Source: Epithemia pelagica (taxonomy: Eukaryota > Protista > Bacillariophyta). Taken from it: a stretch of 64,000 nt of DNA. Below, in pieces: positions 23,655 through 33,726 of the stretch. The first letter of the stretch is position 1; the number at the start of each line of letters is the position of its first letter. The notes beneath the pieces are model-generated. The model made no database searches, was not told where the DNA came from, and was given only the letters and a program-made list of their open reading frames with translations. Position numbers and translations under genes: made by a program. The stretch is from assembly GCA_946965045.2 (NCBI GenBank), contig OX337235.1, positions 2,666,001 to 2,730,000 of the forward strand, read 5' to 3'.

Positions 23655-24142
23655 GGCCGTTCCTTGATATTCTGCAAAAACAAAAATCGACACATGACAT
23701 CACCTTTTTGTAGACAATTGCGCGACACGCCGTCCTTTGGCATTTACAAAACCAAAACCTATAACCGCACTTTTTCCCCCAAGGCCCCCAATAGTCCCCA
23801 TATTCACTTTGATGATTTGAATACTACAATTATCAAAGTAAGACATTAGGAGGACGTTCCGTCTTCCTCTTCATTGAGGTTAGGGGGACCGTTGGAGTCG
23901 AACGCGCGCCGTTCAAATCCTAAACCGTCATTTTTGTTTCTGTAGGGCCCAATGAACACTAGCAAGAAGAAAGCACTATCCTAATGTCTGTTCAGCTTTT
24001 GCCGGCCTGCAAAAGTTGGACCCAACTTTTGCAGCCTCAAAAGCTGAAACAGCGTCGAACCCGGATTTGACGCCATATTTCCGGGTTTTTTGTGACGTGT
24101 CACCCTCCAACTTTTGTTTTTGCAGAAGATCAAGGAACGGCC
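23655..24142. mobile_element. PIF/Harbinger (Tourist-like) MITE, 488 bp
   Basis: 31-bp TIR ggccgttccttgatattctgcaaaaacaaaa with 1 mismatch; TAA TSD at 23652-23654 and 24143-24145; no coding capacity. Confidence 0.9.
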
Positions 24143-24145
24143 TAA

Positions 24146-24700
24146 GACCCTAACAACATGATCAAGTACGTCAAGACAACCAGAGATGCATGGTTGAAAG
24201 CGGATAAGATGGTTCATCTGATGAGCGAATGCTCCGATTTCAAGAACGAAAAATCTGCAATGGAGAAGCTGGCGGAAGACTTGTCTGAACGACATCGTTG
24301 CAGGATCGAGATTCTCGTATCGACCAAGTATCACTGTGAAATGGCCGGTGAGGGGATCGAGTATGGCTGGGGTTACTCAAAAAAAGTCTTTCGTGCTTTC
24401 TCACTGAATGAGAAGAAAGACAAAGCTGCCTTTTTACGATGTTTGACAGCGAGCCTGAAGAAAACAACACCCGAAATCATGCGGAAAATGTCAGCAAAGG
24501 CACGTCGCTATATGCTTGCGTACTTGTTATACGATCAAAATTCCAACAACAGAGACTATGCAGCTGCGGGCCTCTCGTATGCCGAAATTGAAAAGATGTC
24601 AAAAGCAATCAAGTGTCACCGATCCGCCTTCGACCAAGATCATGGCTTCATCTCACGTCTCTGGAGAGAAACGCAAGGATCTGGTGCAGTAGAAACCTGA
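24146..24700 (+). pseudogene. IS630/Tc1-like DDE transposase, 3-prime fragment
   Basis: DPNNMIKY...LMSECSDFKNE...STKYHCEMAGEGIEYGWGYSK corresponds to the PKFHCELNPIE catalytic Glu motif; same strand as 9924-10688. Confidence 0.8.
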
Positions 24701-25110
24701 TCTAATCTCCATTTATCATCAAAATGCATGTAACTTAACTATTTATGACAGCAATCCATTTTATTGAATGTATTTCTTGTCAGTTATTGGTATCAATGAT
24801 CACTTCTGTGTTGCGTGCTCGTGTTGCGTGTTGGATTATCAGTTTGTAAGTACCTCAAAAATGTGAGAGAGCGAGAAAATGGACGATTTTCGGAGCAGAC
24901 CTCGCGCGAAACACGCCCCCCTCTCCGAAAACGCGCACGCATCGCAAAACTGGCACGCAAATCCTTAAGTAACTCAGCCCACATGCCAAAACTTCACCGT
25001 TTTTTAGTATGTGAGCTCAAGATTTTTTTTGGAATATGAGCTGAGGGCTGAGGAGAGTGCTGCGTTTCGTGTTTCTTGTGTTTCGTGTTTCGAGTTTTTG
25101 CGTTTCGACC

Positions 25111-27995
25111 ATGGGGAAACCAAGCCCTAAGAAACAGTATTCAAAAGCAGGCGCTCAAAAACGAGACAGCATGAGTGACAAAGGAAATCTTGACGCTCTA
25201 ATACTTGCAATAGATGCAGCGGAAGAGCAGTCAGCCAAAGCAGCAGCGGCGCCCAAAGCAGCAGCAGCCGCAGCACCCGAAGCAGCAGCAACAGACGAAG
25301 CGACAACAACAAAGCACCATCGGTTTCTTTCGGATCAAGACTTTGCCGAAGTGAAGGATAAAAAGCTTGCAGATGTTCGGCGTGGCCATCCAGAGAAGGA
25401 CCACAGCAAACAGTATTCGGAAACTCAAATGCGGCAGCTCCTCACCGAGACGCGCACAGCGGACTACAAGAAAGGCGTCGAGGAAGTGGAGAAACTCCCT
25501 TCTTGTTCTGGACGGGATCCAATCAGGACTTTCACCTAAGGCCTCAAGACGCTCTCCAAGATCAAAGACAGTGCTGTACTTGCCTGTGCTATGGGAGAGT
25601 ATGTCTCATGGAAGATTTCGGCCACTTTTTCGGTCCAAGAAGCTCCAATTCGGAAGCCCGGTTCAGGCTTGCAAAAGGGGAAGATTGTGCCACTTTCGGG
25701 TGGAATGGGTCTCCCTGTCAAGAAGAACAGAAAACATACTTTCCCGATCGGCAAGCATGTCGGTTACACATTTGCAAACAATCCGGTAGTCAAGATCTAC
25801 CTTGGAAAAGTGCTTCTGTTTGAGGTGAAGGAGTCAAAACTCCCAGGCGCCGGGTTTGGCGTTTTTGCAGTTCGGACAATCAAAGATGGTGAAGTGATTG
25901 GCGCGTACACGGGAAACGACGTCACGTCTCGGACAGTTGTACCAAACGAGTACGCGATTCAGTTCGGACGTGACAATCGAAGGCTTCAAGCAGACAACGA
26001 CGATCACTTCGGCATGGCGCTGCACTTAATCAACGACCACCTATACCATCGGTACGGTACAGACAATCCACCGGATGAATCGGATGATCAATACAACGTG
26101 AGAATCATGCCGAATCTTCTAGTCAAGGCAATCAAGCCGATCGAAAAGGGCGACGAGCTGTCTTTGTTTTATAACCTTTCGGACGAATCGCCGACGTCCT
26201 CCGAACAGGTTATCCGACCGTCGACGAAAGGTGACGACGACGAAGACGAGGGAAAGAAACGCGGTCGACCCAGTGATGAAAATGAAGACGACGGAAAAAA
26301 AACAAAGAAGGCTTTCGCTACCTCTTCTACTACTGTTTTCCACCCAGTTGCTGCTGTTGCTCGTCCTCATGCTCTTCCTTCTCCGCCTCCTCCGCAAGAC
26401 GTTTCTGGGCACTACAAATCGCCCCCTCAGCTGCCACCACATCATCCTCCGCCGTATCATCCTCATCCTCCGCCGTATTATGATCCACCGCATCATCATC
26501 ATCCTCCGCCATATTATGACCCGCCGCATCGTCATCATCCTCCTTCGTATCATCCTCCGCCGCATCATCATCATCATCCTCCTTCGTATCATCCTCCGCC
26601 GTATCATCATCATCCTCCTTCGTATCATCCTCCGCCGCATCATCCTCCGCCGCCGCATCATCCTCAGCCGCATTACCATGGGCATCCCCCGTCCTATAAT
26701 CAACCCCATTATGGAGGAGGTTACCAGGGGGCTCTGCCTTTATCGCAGCAACAACAACGCACGACCCAGCCGGTCGTAGGTTCACCGGAGCGTCCGAGCA
26801 ATCCCGTCCCACCTGCAGCACAAGCTCAACCCGCCACTCGACCCGATCGCTCCCTTTCTGGAATGTTAGTACGAGTAATTTCCTTGCCAGAATTTTCAGA
26901 AAGTGACACCACGGATGACAATTCTTTTGATCAGGAGATGTCGGATGACAATTCTTTTGCTCCGGAGATGAATGCAATCGACGAGTTAATGCAGGAGGGT
27001 GAATGGCAAAAGCAACAGATGTTGCAAAATAGAGAATTGCGCAAGAAGTATTTCAAATCGCTATACGATAGTGAAAACAAAATCTATCGAGGCTGTTTTT
27101 TTACAACGCCGCCAGACCTCCTCCAGTTGTTGGAGCAAGTGTGGAAAGGCAAACACCTGAACAGTAAAGGAAAGGGCACCTTTTTCAAATCTGTTCAAGA
27201 CTACACCCCAAATTTGTTGATGGTGATGATGGAACATGAGGGCATGATGGCCAACACTCGGTACTTCAACGGCTGCGACCCAGAACATGTCCAAAAAGTC
27301 ACAACAGATTTCAAGCAGTTTCTTGCCTCAGCTCTCCATGGAATGAACTACGCAAAAGATGAATCATTTGCGGACCAAATGAGCATTCACCTTTCGCTAT
27401 GAAGACCACTCGGGAAGAAGTGCAAGAACCTCACATCGACGTCTTGTTCCCGGCCGTAACAGGAAACATGTCCGAGAGTCCAAAAACGCCATCCGGGAAG
27501 CAACAAAAAAGCAAAAGGATGACTCGGCGATCGTTCTCAGATCTGCCACTCCGGGAACGCATCCCCTTCATTGTTTTTATGCCCCTGACGGAGGAGGGTA
27601 TGTCCATTGAATTGTGGAGCTACCGTGCTGAGAAGCACGAGAACTATACGCATGAGTTGGGTAACGTGGTACAAATCCCATACGGCAAGTTTCTCCTCGT
27701 TCGAGGAGATACTGTCCATGCTGGTGGCTTTAAGACTGGAGAGCTGGGAAATCCACGTGCACATTTTTACGTGTACCAAGGAAAAGATGGGACCATCCAC
27801 AATCCCATGCCAAAGAACAGCTACAATCTACCTTCTGGACAAAGGCTTTCAGAGTGCTACTTCCATCAAAAGGACATTCCTGGTGATTGCCCAAGTGGGA
27901 TCATTCGGGTTAACCTTACGCTCGATGGCCATCGCGTTGCCGTCCAGGGTGATTATCGTAGAGTGCTTCTGGCTACGAAAAAACCTGGTATTTAG
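25111..27995 (+). pseudogene. SET domain + Pro/His/Tyr repeat + 2OG-Fe(II) dioxygenase fusion (about 960 codons) with one in-frame stop and one frameshift
   Basis: SET motifs GAGFGVFA, GAYTG, LINDH and GDELSLFYN; dioxygenase QEPHID...DTVHAGG...NPRAHF; TAA at 25537-25539 is in frame with 25591; ORFs overlap by ATGA at 27399-27402. Confidence 0.7.
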
Positions 27996-28367
27996 ATCGC
28001 GAACAAAGAAGCCGATCAAACTTAGATCTTTCCTTGTGGTGAAAGTGTGTTATTGTTGAAAAAGAATACCATGGTACGTTGAGTTGCAGTATGACATTAA
28101 GATTTACTAGTTTATTCCTTCATATTATACTTTAGTACATTGTCGTGTTGTGTCGAAAACGCAAAATATGAGATAAGAATCATAGCTCGTCTGGGACCAA
28201 TCACAAACTCCCTCGTACATCCATACGAGGCGTGCCTGCAAACCGTTTGTTTGTTTGATTGTTGCCCGCTCTCCGTTCTTGTGTCATCTAGGGAATCCCC
28301 CCGCGCTCATTCGTGAACAATATTGGCGCGCGCCACAAAATCAACTTGCACATGAAGCAACTTCCGA

Positions 28368-28940
28368 ATGATCCGCCATGCAATGGAACAATCAAACAGA
28401 GACGACAGGAAGAGGCAAGGAAGAAGAAACAAGATGACCAACATGAGGACAAAGTTCGAGTTCAACGAAGAGGATGGCCGTGAGGGTGGTGCTGGTCTCC
28501 CGTTCAAGTCGTGCTTTTATGCCAGCGATGTTTGCGCGCTCATCGGGCCCATGTCGAGAAACAAGGACACTGGCCACAACATCGTCGACCGTGGCCATCT
28601 GCTTGTGCAGCGGGAGCTTGCGACCGACTACCTACGGATTGCAGTCTTTGACCGGGATGCAACAAGCGAGCATGAGGAACCAGCGTTGGTTGTTCCAGTT
28701 GGGTTCATTGCTCTGTCGCACCTGGACCAGGTCTCTGGAAAGACGAGCAAGAACGGACCTCCCATGGGACGCATCCGCCTCTACACACGCTGCTCCATCA
28801 ACCCTAAAGCCTGCATGGAACCCCAGGTCGTTACAATCTACATGGGCAGCAAGGATATGGATCGCTTCAACATTTCGCTTGGTGCGATGATGCTCAAGCA
28901 CCCGCTTCAAAATCTCTTCTTTAATCATCAACAAGCCTAG
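28368..28940 (+). CDS. Hypothetical 190-aa protein inside the outer element
   Basis: Intact ATG ORF with globular beta-rich composition; no family recognised with confidence. Confidence 0.5.
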   Translation: MIRHAMEQSNRDDRKRQGRRNKMTNMRTKFEFNEEDGREGGAGLPFKSCFYASDVCALIGPMSRNKDTGHNIVDRGHLLVQRELATDYLRIAVFDRDATSEHEEPALVVPVGFIALSHLDQVSGKTSKNGPPMGRIRLYTRCSINPKACMEPQVVTIYMGSKDMDRFNISLGAMMLKHPLQNLFFNHQQA

Positions 28941-29534
28941 ATAGTGAACAATGTAGCAGCGTTTTATGATTATCATTTGAGTAGGATCTTCATTCTCTAT
29001 GAATACGATCTAATTCTATAGTTGTGTTACGTTTACCGTACAATACATTGCGTTCAGGTACGGCTGTGTGAGTCACAACAACGAAAAGAACATCAATCTT
29101 TGTTGTGAACGACGCAACTTCTAGTCTAAGTTCCATATATCTAACGAGAAGAATATCAATTTTTGACGTGAACAACGCTACAAGTGTTCATAGTCTTTGT
29201 TCTATCTTCTATCATTCGATTCTACAATAGAGGTGCATTGGTTGCACCAAGTTTTGCCGTGAGTCGCCGTAGTAAATCGCGCGGCGACCACCTTCAACTA
29301 GATAAAACGACACCTACAAAACGAATGCAGCGCCGACATCGTTCTCCATGCTCAACCCATGAATGGAGAAGAGGTTCAGAGCATGGGATCATGGAGCCGT
29401 CTCCTATTTGGCAAGAGATCGGTCAAAAGGACCGTTCACCATGGTCAATTTTTGGTAGAATGGTAGAGGCATAAATAGAAGGGCTATATTAAGGGGATGG
29501 CTCGCGCGGATTACGTAGATTTCCTACTGGAGCG

Positions 29535-29568
29535 CTACGTCAGGAACATTCTGTCTGAACTCAGCTTG
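29535..29568 (-). repeat. Right TIR of outer element
   Basis: ctacgtcaggaacattctgtctgaactcagcttg followed by TA. Confidence 0.8.
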
Positions 29569-29741
29569 TAGCATTCTGCGAGAAGGGCTATTCTTTTGAT
29601 GGGCGCGGGCCTAAGTCGACCGAAGCTCGCACAAAAACAAGATTCTCAAATCCCACAACAACAACGCCTGTCCCTGTTCCCTGTCCCAATTCCCGCAAAC
29701 AGCACACAATGTCACTTCGGTGAAAAGGATAAAGCTGAGCA

Positions 29742-31193
29742 ATGTCTTGGTGTTCTGGACAACGGTATACAACGGAAGCTATTGCTGCAGATGAGGACAA
29801 TGCGGAGTTCTTCAGGGTGCTGAGAAAGCAGCTGTTGAGAGAGGCATCGTCGCCTTCCCTTTCGAATGGGCAGTCCGAGCTCATGTCATCAGACCAGGAG
29901 TACTCCTTGGAATTCATGTTTCTCGACCTTACGAAGCAATCTATGCAGCTTCTGCTGCAAGCTCTTCACTACCATAAATCCGTCGATATCATCAAGAAAA
30001 TTGTGTTTCATGGTTGCCGCATACGTGACCAAGCTTCACTTGAACTTCTGGCACAACTATTTCATTTCTATACACACTGGAAACATGTTGAAATATCATG
30101 TCTCTGCCAGGGACTTGGAAATGAACAAGCACGTGTGCTGATAATGGAAATAATGAAAAGCAAAGATCTTGAACATCTGAACATATCATCGATGGGAATA
30201 TCTGATGGACTCATTTTTTGGAGGGATATGATGTCAAGTTCGCAGTCTGCCTTCCCACGAAGCATCGTCATGCGCTCTTCTCGAATAAATTTTGATCATA
30301 CCGAGGAATTCCTTTCGCTCTCATCAAGACAAAACGCAGAGCCATATTTGCTGAAGCATCTTGACCTTAGTGCTTGTCGGATGGACGATACCGCAATAGA
30401 CATGATTGCTTCTGGTCTTCGAACGAGGAATATTAGCTTGGAGAGTCTCGCCTTGAAAGGCAACCGCCTTTCCCCAAAGTCAATACCGATACTTGCACAG
30501 CTGATCAATGATCACAGAGATCTTAAATCTCTTGATGTTTCAATGAACACAAACCTGTTCAGCGCCGACAACGAGATCGCCACAGTGAATCTTCAGAAAA
30601 TAATTAGAGCCGCAATCCCTGAGGACAGTTCAAGGTCCATGAAGAGACTGGTTCTTTCCAAAACTAGTGTCGGAGAGGCCGCAGCAATCATGATGATCAA
30701 ATCCGTTGAAAAGAATGCGACGTTGCAGGAATTAGATCTTAATTTCTGTTTACTGGGAGAAAAAGTAATGGAACAACTTGTGGAAAGCCTTCCGCGAATG
30801 ACTGCTTTGCGGCAGCTGCTTTTGCACGGGCTCCATTTCAACCAAAGAAACGCAGCTAACCATCCTCATGATCAGCGTCAAGCGTTGTGGAAAGCTCTTC
30901 AGGAGAACACAAGCTTGGTTCTGTTACAAGGACTCAACATGTTCTTGGGAGCAGGGCGACCCGAGCTGGCTTCTGTTATTCTTGAACATTTATCGGAACG
31001 CAATAGAGCAATGCACGAAGCAAGATCACTTCTTATTCGTCGTGATGAGTCCATCGGAAGGATAATAGTGGGAAGACTACCACTTTCGTCATGGCCCACT
31101 TGCCTGGAAAAATTGGGAAGAGGAAACTGGACCGCGTCTGCTGTTTACATGTTTCTTCAATGCAACACGTGTGCGTTTGGAAAGTCAAGTTAA
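29742..31193 (+). CDS. Leucine-rich repeat protein (RNI-like)
   Basis: Repeating LxxLxLxxN/C units (LKHLDLSAC, LESLALKGN, LKSLDVSMN, LQELDLNFC); C-terminus LWKALQENTSL...LPLSSWPTCLEKL typical of diatom-expanded LRR families. Confidence 0.8.
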   Translation: MSWCSGQRYTTEAIAADEDNAEFFRVLRKQLLREASSPSLSNGQSELMSSDQEYSLEFMFLDLTKQSMQLLLQALHYHKSVDIIKKIVFHGCRIRDQASLELLAQLFHFYTHWKHVEISCLCQGLGNEQARVLIMEIMKSKDLEHLNISSMGISDGLIFWRDMMSSSQSAFPRSIVMRSSRINFDHTEEFLSLSSRQNAEPYLLKHLDLSACRMDDTAIDMIASGLRTRNISLESLALKGNRLSPKSIPILAQLINDHRDLKSLDVSMNTNLFSADNEIATVNLQKIIRAAIPEDSSRSMKRLVLSKTSVGEAAAIMMIKSVEKNATLQELDLNFCLLGEKVMEQLVESLPRMTALRQLLLHGLHFNQRNAANHPHDQRQALWKALQENTSLVLLQGLNMFLGAGRPELASVILEHLSERNRAMHEARSLLIRRDESIGRIIVGRLPLSSWPTCLEKLGRGNWTASAVYMFLQCNTCAFGKSS

Positions 31194-31656
31194 TATTTTT
31201 TCTACGTTCCCTATAGCGATCTCGGTCCGGTTTGGGGCCATCATTGCCGAATGTTTGTTAAATGAAAGCTTTGGGTGGACATGCTGTTGTGTATGACACC
31301 TGTAATCAAATCTAACGCCAAGAAGCTTTGAGGATCCCTTGAGCGCCCCATGAGGACCCTACTTTTTTAAATTGGAACCATGACGAACGAAAAAGTCAAA
31401 AATCAAAATTTACAATGAATGCCTCCGAGAGTAATAATTTGATAGAATCCGTTGGAACTTGCAAGAAACTTAAAAGTTATTGAGGTGCAATGATGGGTGG
31501 AAAAGTCATTAGCACTACAAAACAAGTACAGACAGCAACACAAAAAAATGGACAACACAATTGCAGAATGGTGGACAGGGTTTTTAGCCCTCTATTTGGC
31601 CTTCGGTCACCAAGCTCAGAGCTCTCAGCATGAGAGCCACCACCAGCCTTCTCTTT

Positions 31657-31812
31657 GCTACGTGGGGTAAGCCATTTCGACGAGCAAGTTTTAATTATTC
31701 GATTTAAAAGGTTTCGGGAATCCGGTAGTTGCCGCTACGTGGTGGGTAAGCCATTTCGACGAGCAAGTTTAAAATTATTTGATTTAAAAGGTTCGGGAAT
31801 CCGGGAGTTGCC
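31657..31812. repeat. Two tandem units of about 78 bp
   Basis: gctacgtgg..gggtaagccatttcgacgagcaagttt...ggaatccgg.agttgcc at 31657-31733 and 31734-31812. Confidence 0.85.
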
Positions 31813-31889
31813 GGCGAAACTAGCGATTAGGTAGCTCCTCTTCACAAACTAACTGTTATTTTGTTTCCGACTCTTTGGTAGTTGGTTAA

Positions 31890-32785
31890 CGCCATTCGTA
31901 AAAAAAGCCTTTGATGCCTTATGAGTAGCGTAAGCATTAAGCATACAGTCCCATAAATTTTATGGGAGTCATTTATGGGAATCAACTTGCTGCTCGAATT
32001 GCTGTCTCCGCCTTCTCACTAGGAGTAAAATGTTAAAGGCAGTTGTTGTTTTAAGGAATAGAATGGACCCTACATTGGTTTTTGCCATACAAGTGGCACC
32101 TAGGTAGTCCATGATGGAGCGACCATGATGTACGAGTAGTCGACAAAGAACTCTTTACATATTTACAAATCTCTGTTTTATTCCCTCACTATATGGGGTT
32201 GTTTTCACAGACCATGGACTTCCGTCGTTTCGCTGTCCTCACCATTGTTGTTGTTCTTGTTGTCTTTTGTTTCGTCCTCGTCCTCTTCCATACTGTTGTT
32301 GTCGGCAGTCCCTCTGCGTATATCTGCCTCCTCATCATCAGCTTCCTCTGGTGTTGTTGTACTTACTGGCTTGAGGTGCAAGGTCAGTGGACAGGTTGCT
32401 TGGCATCTGGGATCGATATCTTGGAAAGGTTGCTCGACATCTCGATTGATGAGCCGTTGCGACGAATCCACTTGTGCCGACTCGAGGTAGTCATTGTTCA
32501 AAGGGAAGGGTTGGGACGACATTTCCTTTGGTCAAGGCCTTCTTCACCATATAGACCTACAGAATGGAGAGTCCTGCAACAATATATGTGGCCATAAAAT
32601 TGGGGCTCAGCCTATGGAAGATGTAAATGAGCGAAAATGAGGAAATATCAAGCTAATGAGTGGATCTTTACTGTAGAATGTTATATATGAAGTTGTTCAG
32701 AATTCCAGGATCTATAGGAAGTCAAAGTTAAGCGACAACTCGCTTATATGGGAGAAGCGTATACGCTACTCGCTTACGGATGGCG
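31890..32785 (-). mobile_element. Non-autonomous deletion derivative of the same piggyBac family (896 bp)
   Basis: TTAA then CGCCATTCGTAA on the left, TTACGGATGGCG on the right (right TSD reads TTTT); subterminal gagtagcg/ccataaa..tttatggg motifs; remnants of both gene 3-prime ends and of the region upstream of the transposase. Confidence 0.85.
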
Positions 32786-32799
32786 TTTTAATTAGTGTA

Positions 32800-33054
32800 G
32801 GGGGTGTGGCCTTTTGTCCGGAGCCGCCGCTTTGTCCGGAGCCGCCGCCTCCTTTTAAAATTATTGCACCTCTTTAACCACCACCTACCTAATCTTAAGC
32901 GGTGTTTTCTTCGACCCACTTTGGATGGCAGTTTCAAAAGTTCGTAGCTTTGTTTCAGTCATCATGCTTTGTTTCAGTCCTCTATTAGAGGGAGAAAGTG
33001 GCCAGGTTAGATTACAGTTAAAAGTATAACAAAGGTGGTTAGGGAGCATCCCCC
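32800..33054. mobile_element. Possible short MITE-like remnant
   Basis: TA-GGGGGTG at left and ATCCCCC-TA at right; internal 18-bp tandem tttgtccggagccgccgc x2. TIR is short, so support is weak. Confidence 0.3.
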
Positions 33055-33582
33055 TACTCACACTGGATTAATTCCTGCTATCTAGCTTCAGGTATACCGA
33101 CCTACGGCATCGGCTGTATGGAATTAAATATCAAGAACGGCCGGTAGAAATCTCATTCATACGTAATCCTGGGTTTGCTTAAACTTACTATTATGAACTC
33201 CTTCTCACTACGAACAAATAGCCAAAGGAAGTCAGCACACAAAACAGCGCTGTAGTTGCGTAAGTCGTCCCAAAAGATCAGAAACTACGGTCTCCTCGTG
33301 TCGAAATCTACCGTTCGTATCAAATTGAACGTTACGATGCTGCCGGTACACTAGGAATCGATAGTAGTCGTCACAAACATACGGGAAAGTGACTAAATAA
33401 GCAACAATGTGATGGGAAATAGGCCGAAGCATCTTACCGCTTAAACATTTAAAACTCGCAATCCAACAGCTTCATTATCTTGGAATCAAAATATCGAAGA
33501 CATTTCAAAACTTCTTAAGCGAGACCGATCTGAATCGTAAGATACATGGGACCCACAGAAGCGCCTCTAGGGATGTTTCATC

Positions 33583-33726
33583 CTTTGGTTTCAACCTGAA
33601 CACGCTTGGGACTTTGTACTTCGACGCTATTGCTTGATCCCTGTGAAGTCAATTCTTTGGTTTCAACCTGAAACGCTTGCGACTTGGTAGTTCGACGCTA
33701 TTGCTTGATCCCTGTGAAGTCAATTC
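33583..33726. repeat. Two tandem units of about 72 bp
   Basis: ctttggtttcaacctgaa...cgacgctattgcttgatccctgtgaagtcaatt starting at 33583 and 33655. Confidence 0.85.

Larger units (their letters stand above)
8700..29568 (+). mobile_element. Large cargo-bearing IS630-Tc1-mariner-type DNA transposon (about 7.4 kb after removing nested insertions)
   Basis: 34-bp inverted repeats at 8700-8733 and 29535-29568 with 3 mismatches, each flanked outside by TA (8698-8699, 29569-29570); DDE transposase fragments inside. Confidence 0.7.

Noticed and set aside
9924-24700. Prokaryotic IS or horizontally acquired bacterial island
   Set aside because: Spliceosomal introns in passenger and flanking genes, and all elements fit eukaryotic TE superfamilies.
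26119-26977. Arg/Met-rich and Asp-rich antisense and alternate-frame ORFs
   Set aside because: Shadows of the Pro-His-Tyr repeat in the SET ORF.
8786-28112. TTACTAGT at about 8786 and 28105 as a possible 8-bp hAT TSD
   Set aside because: No inverted termini adjoin them; likely chance.
28500-28545. FYASDVCALIG as a YqaJ/lambda-exonuclease motif I
   Set aside because: No downstream PD-(D/E)xK residues could be identified.
31657-33726. Short direct repeats as a CRISPR-like array
   Set aside because: Only two adjacent units each, no spacers, eukaryotic context and no cas genes.
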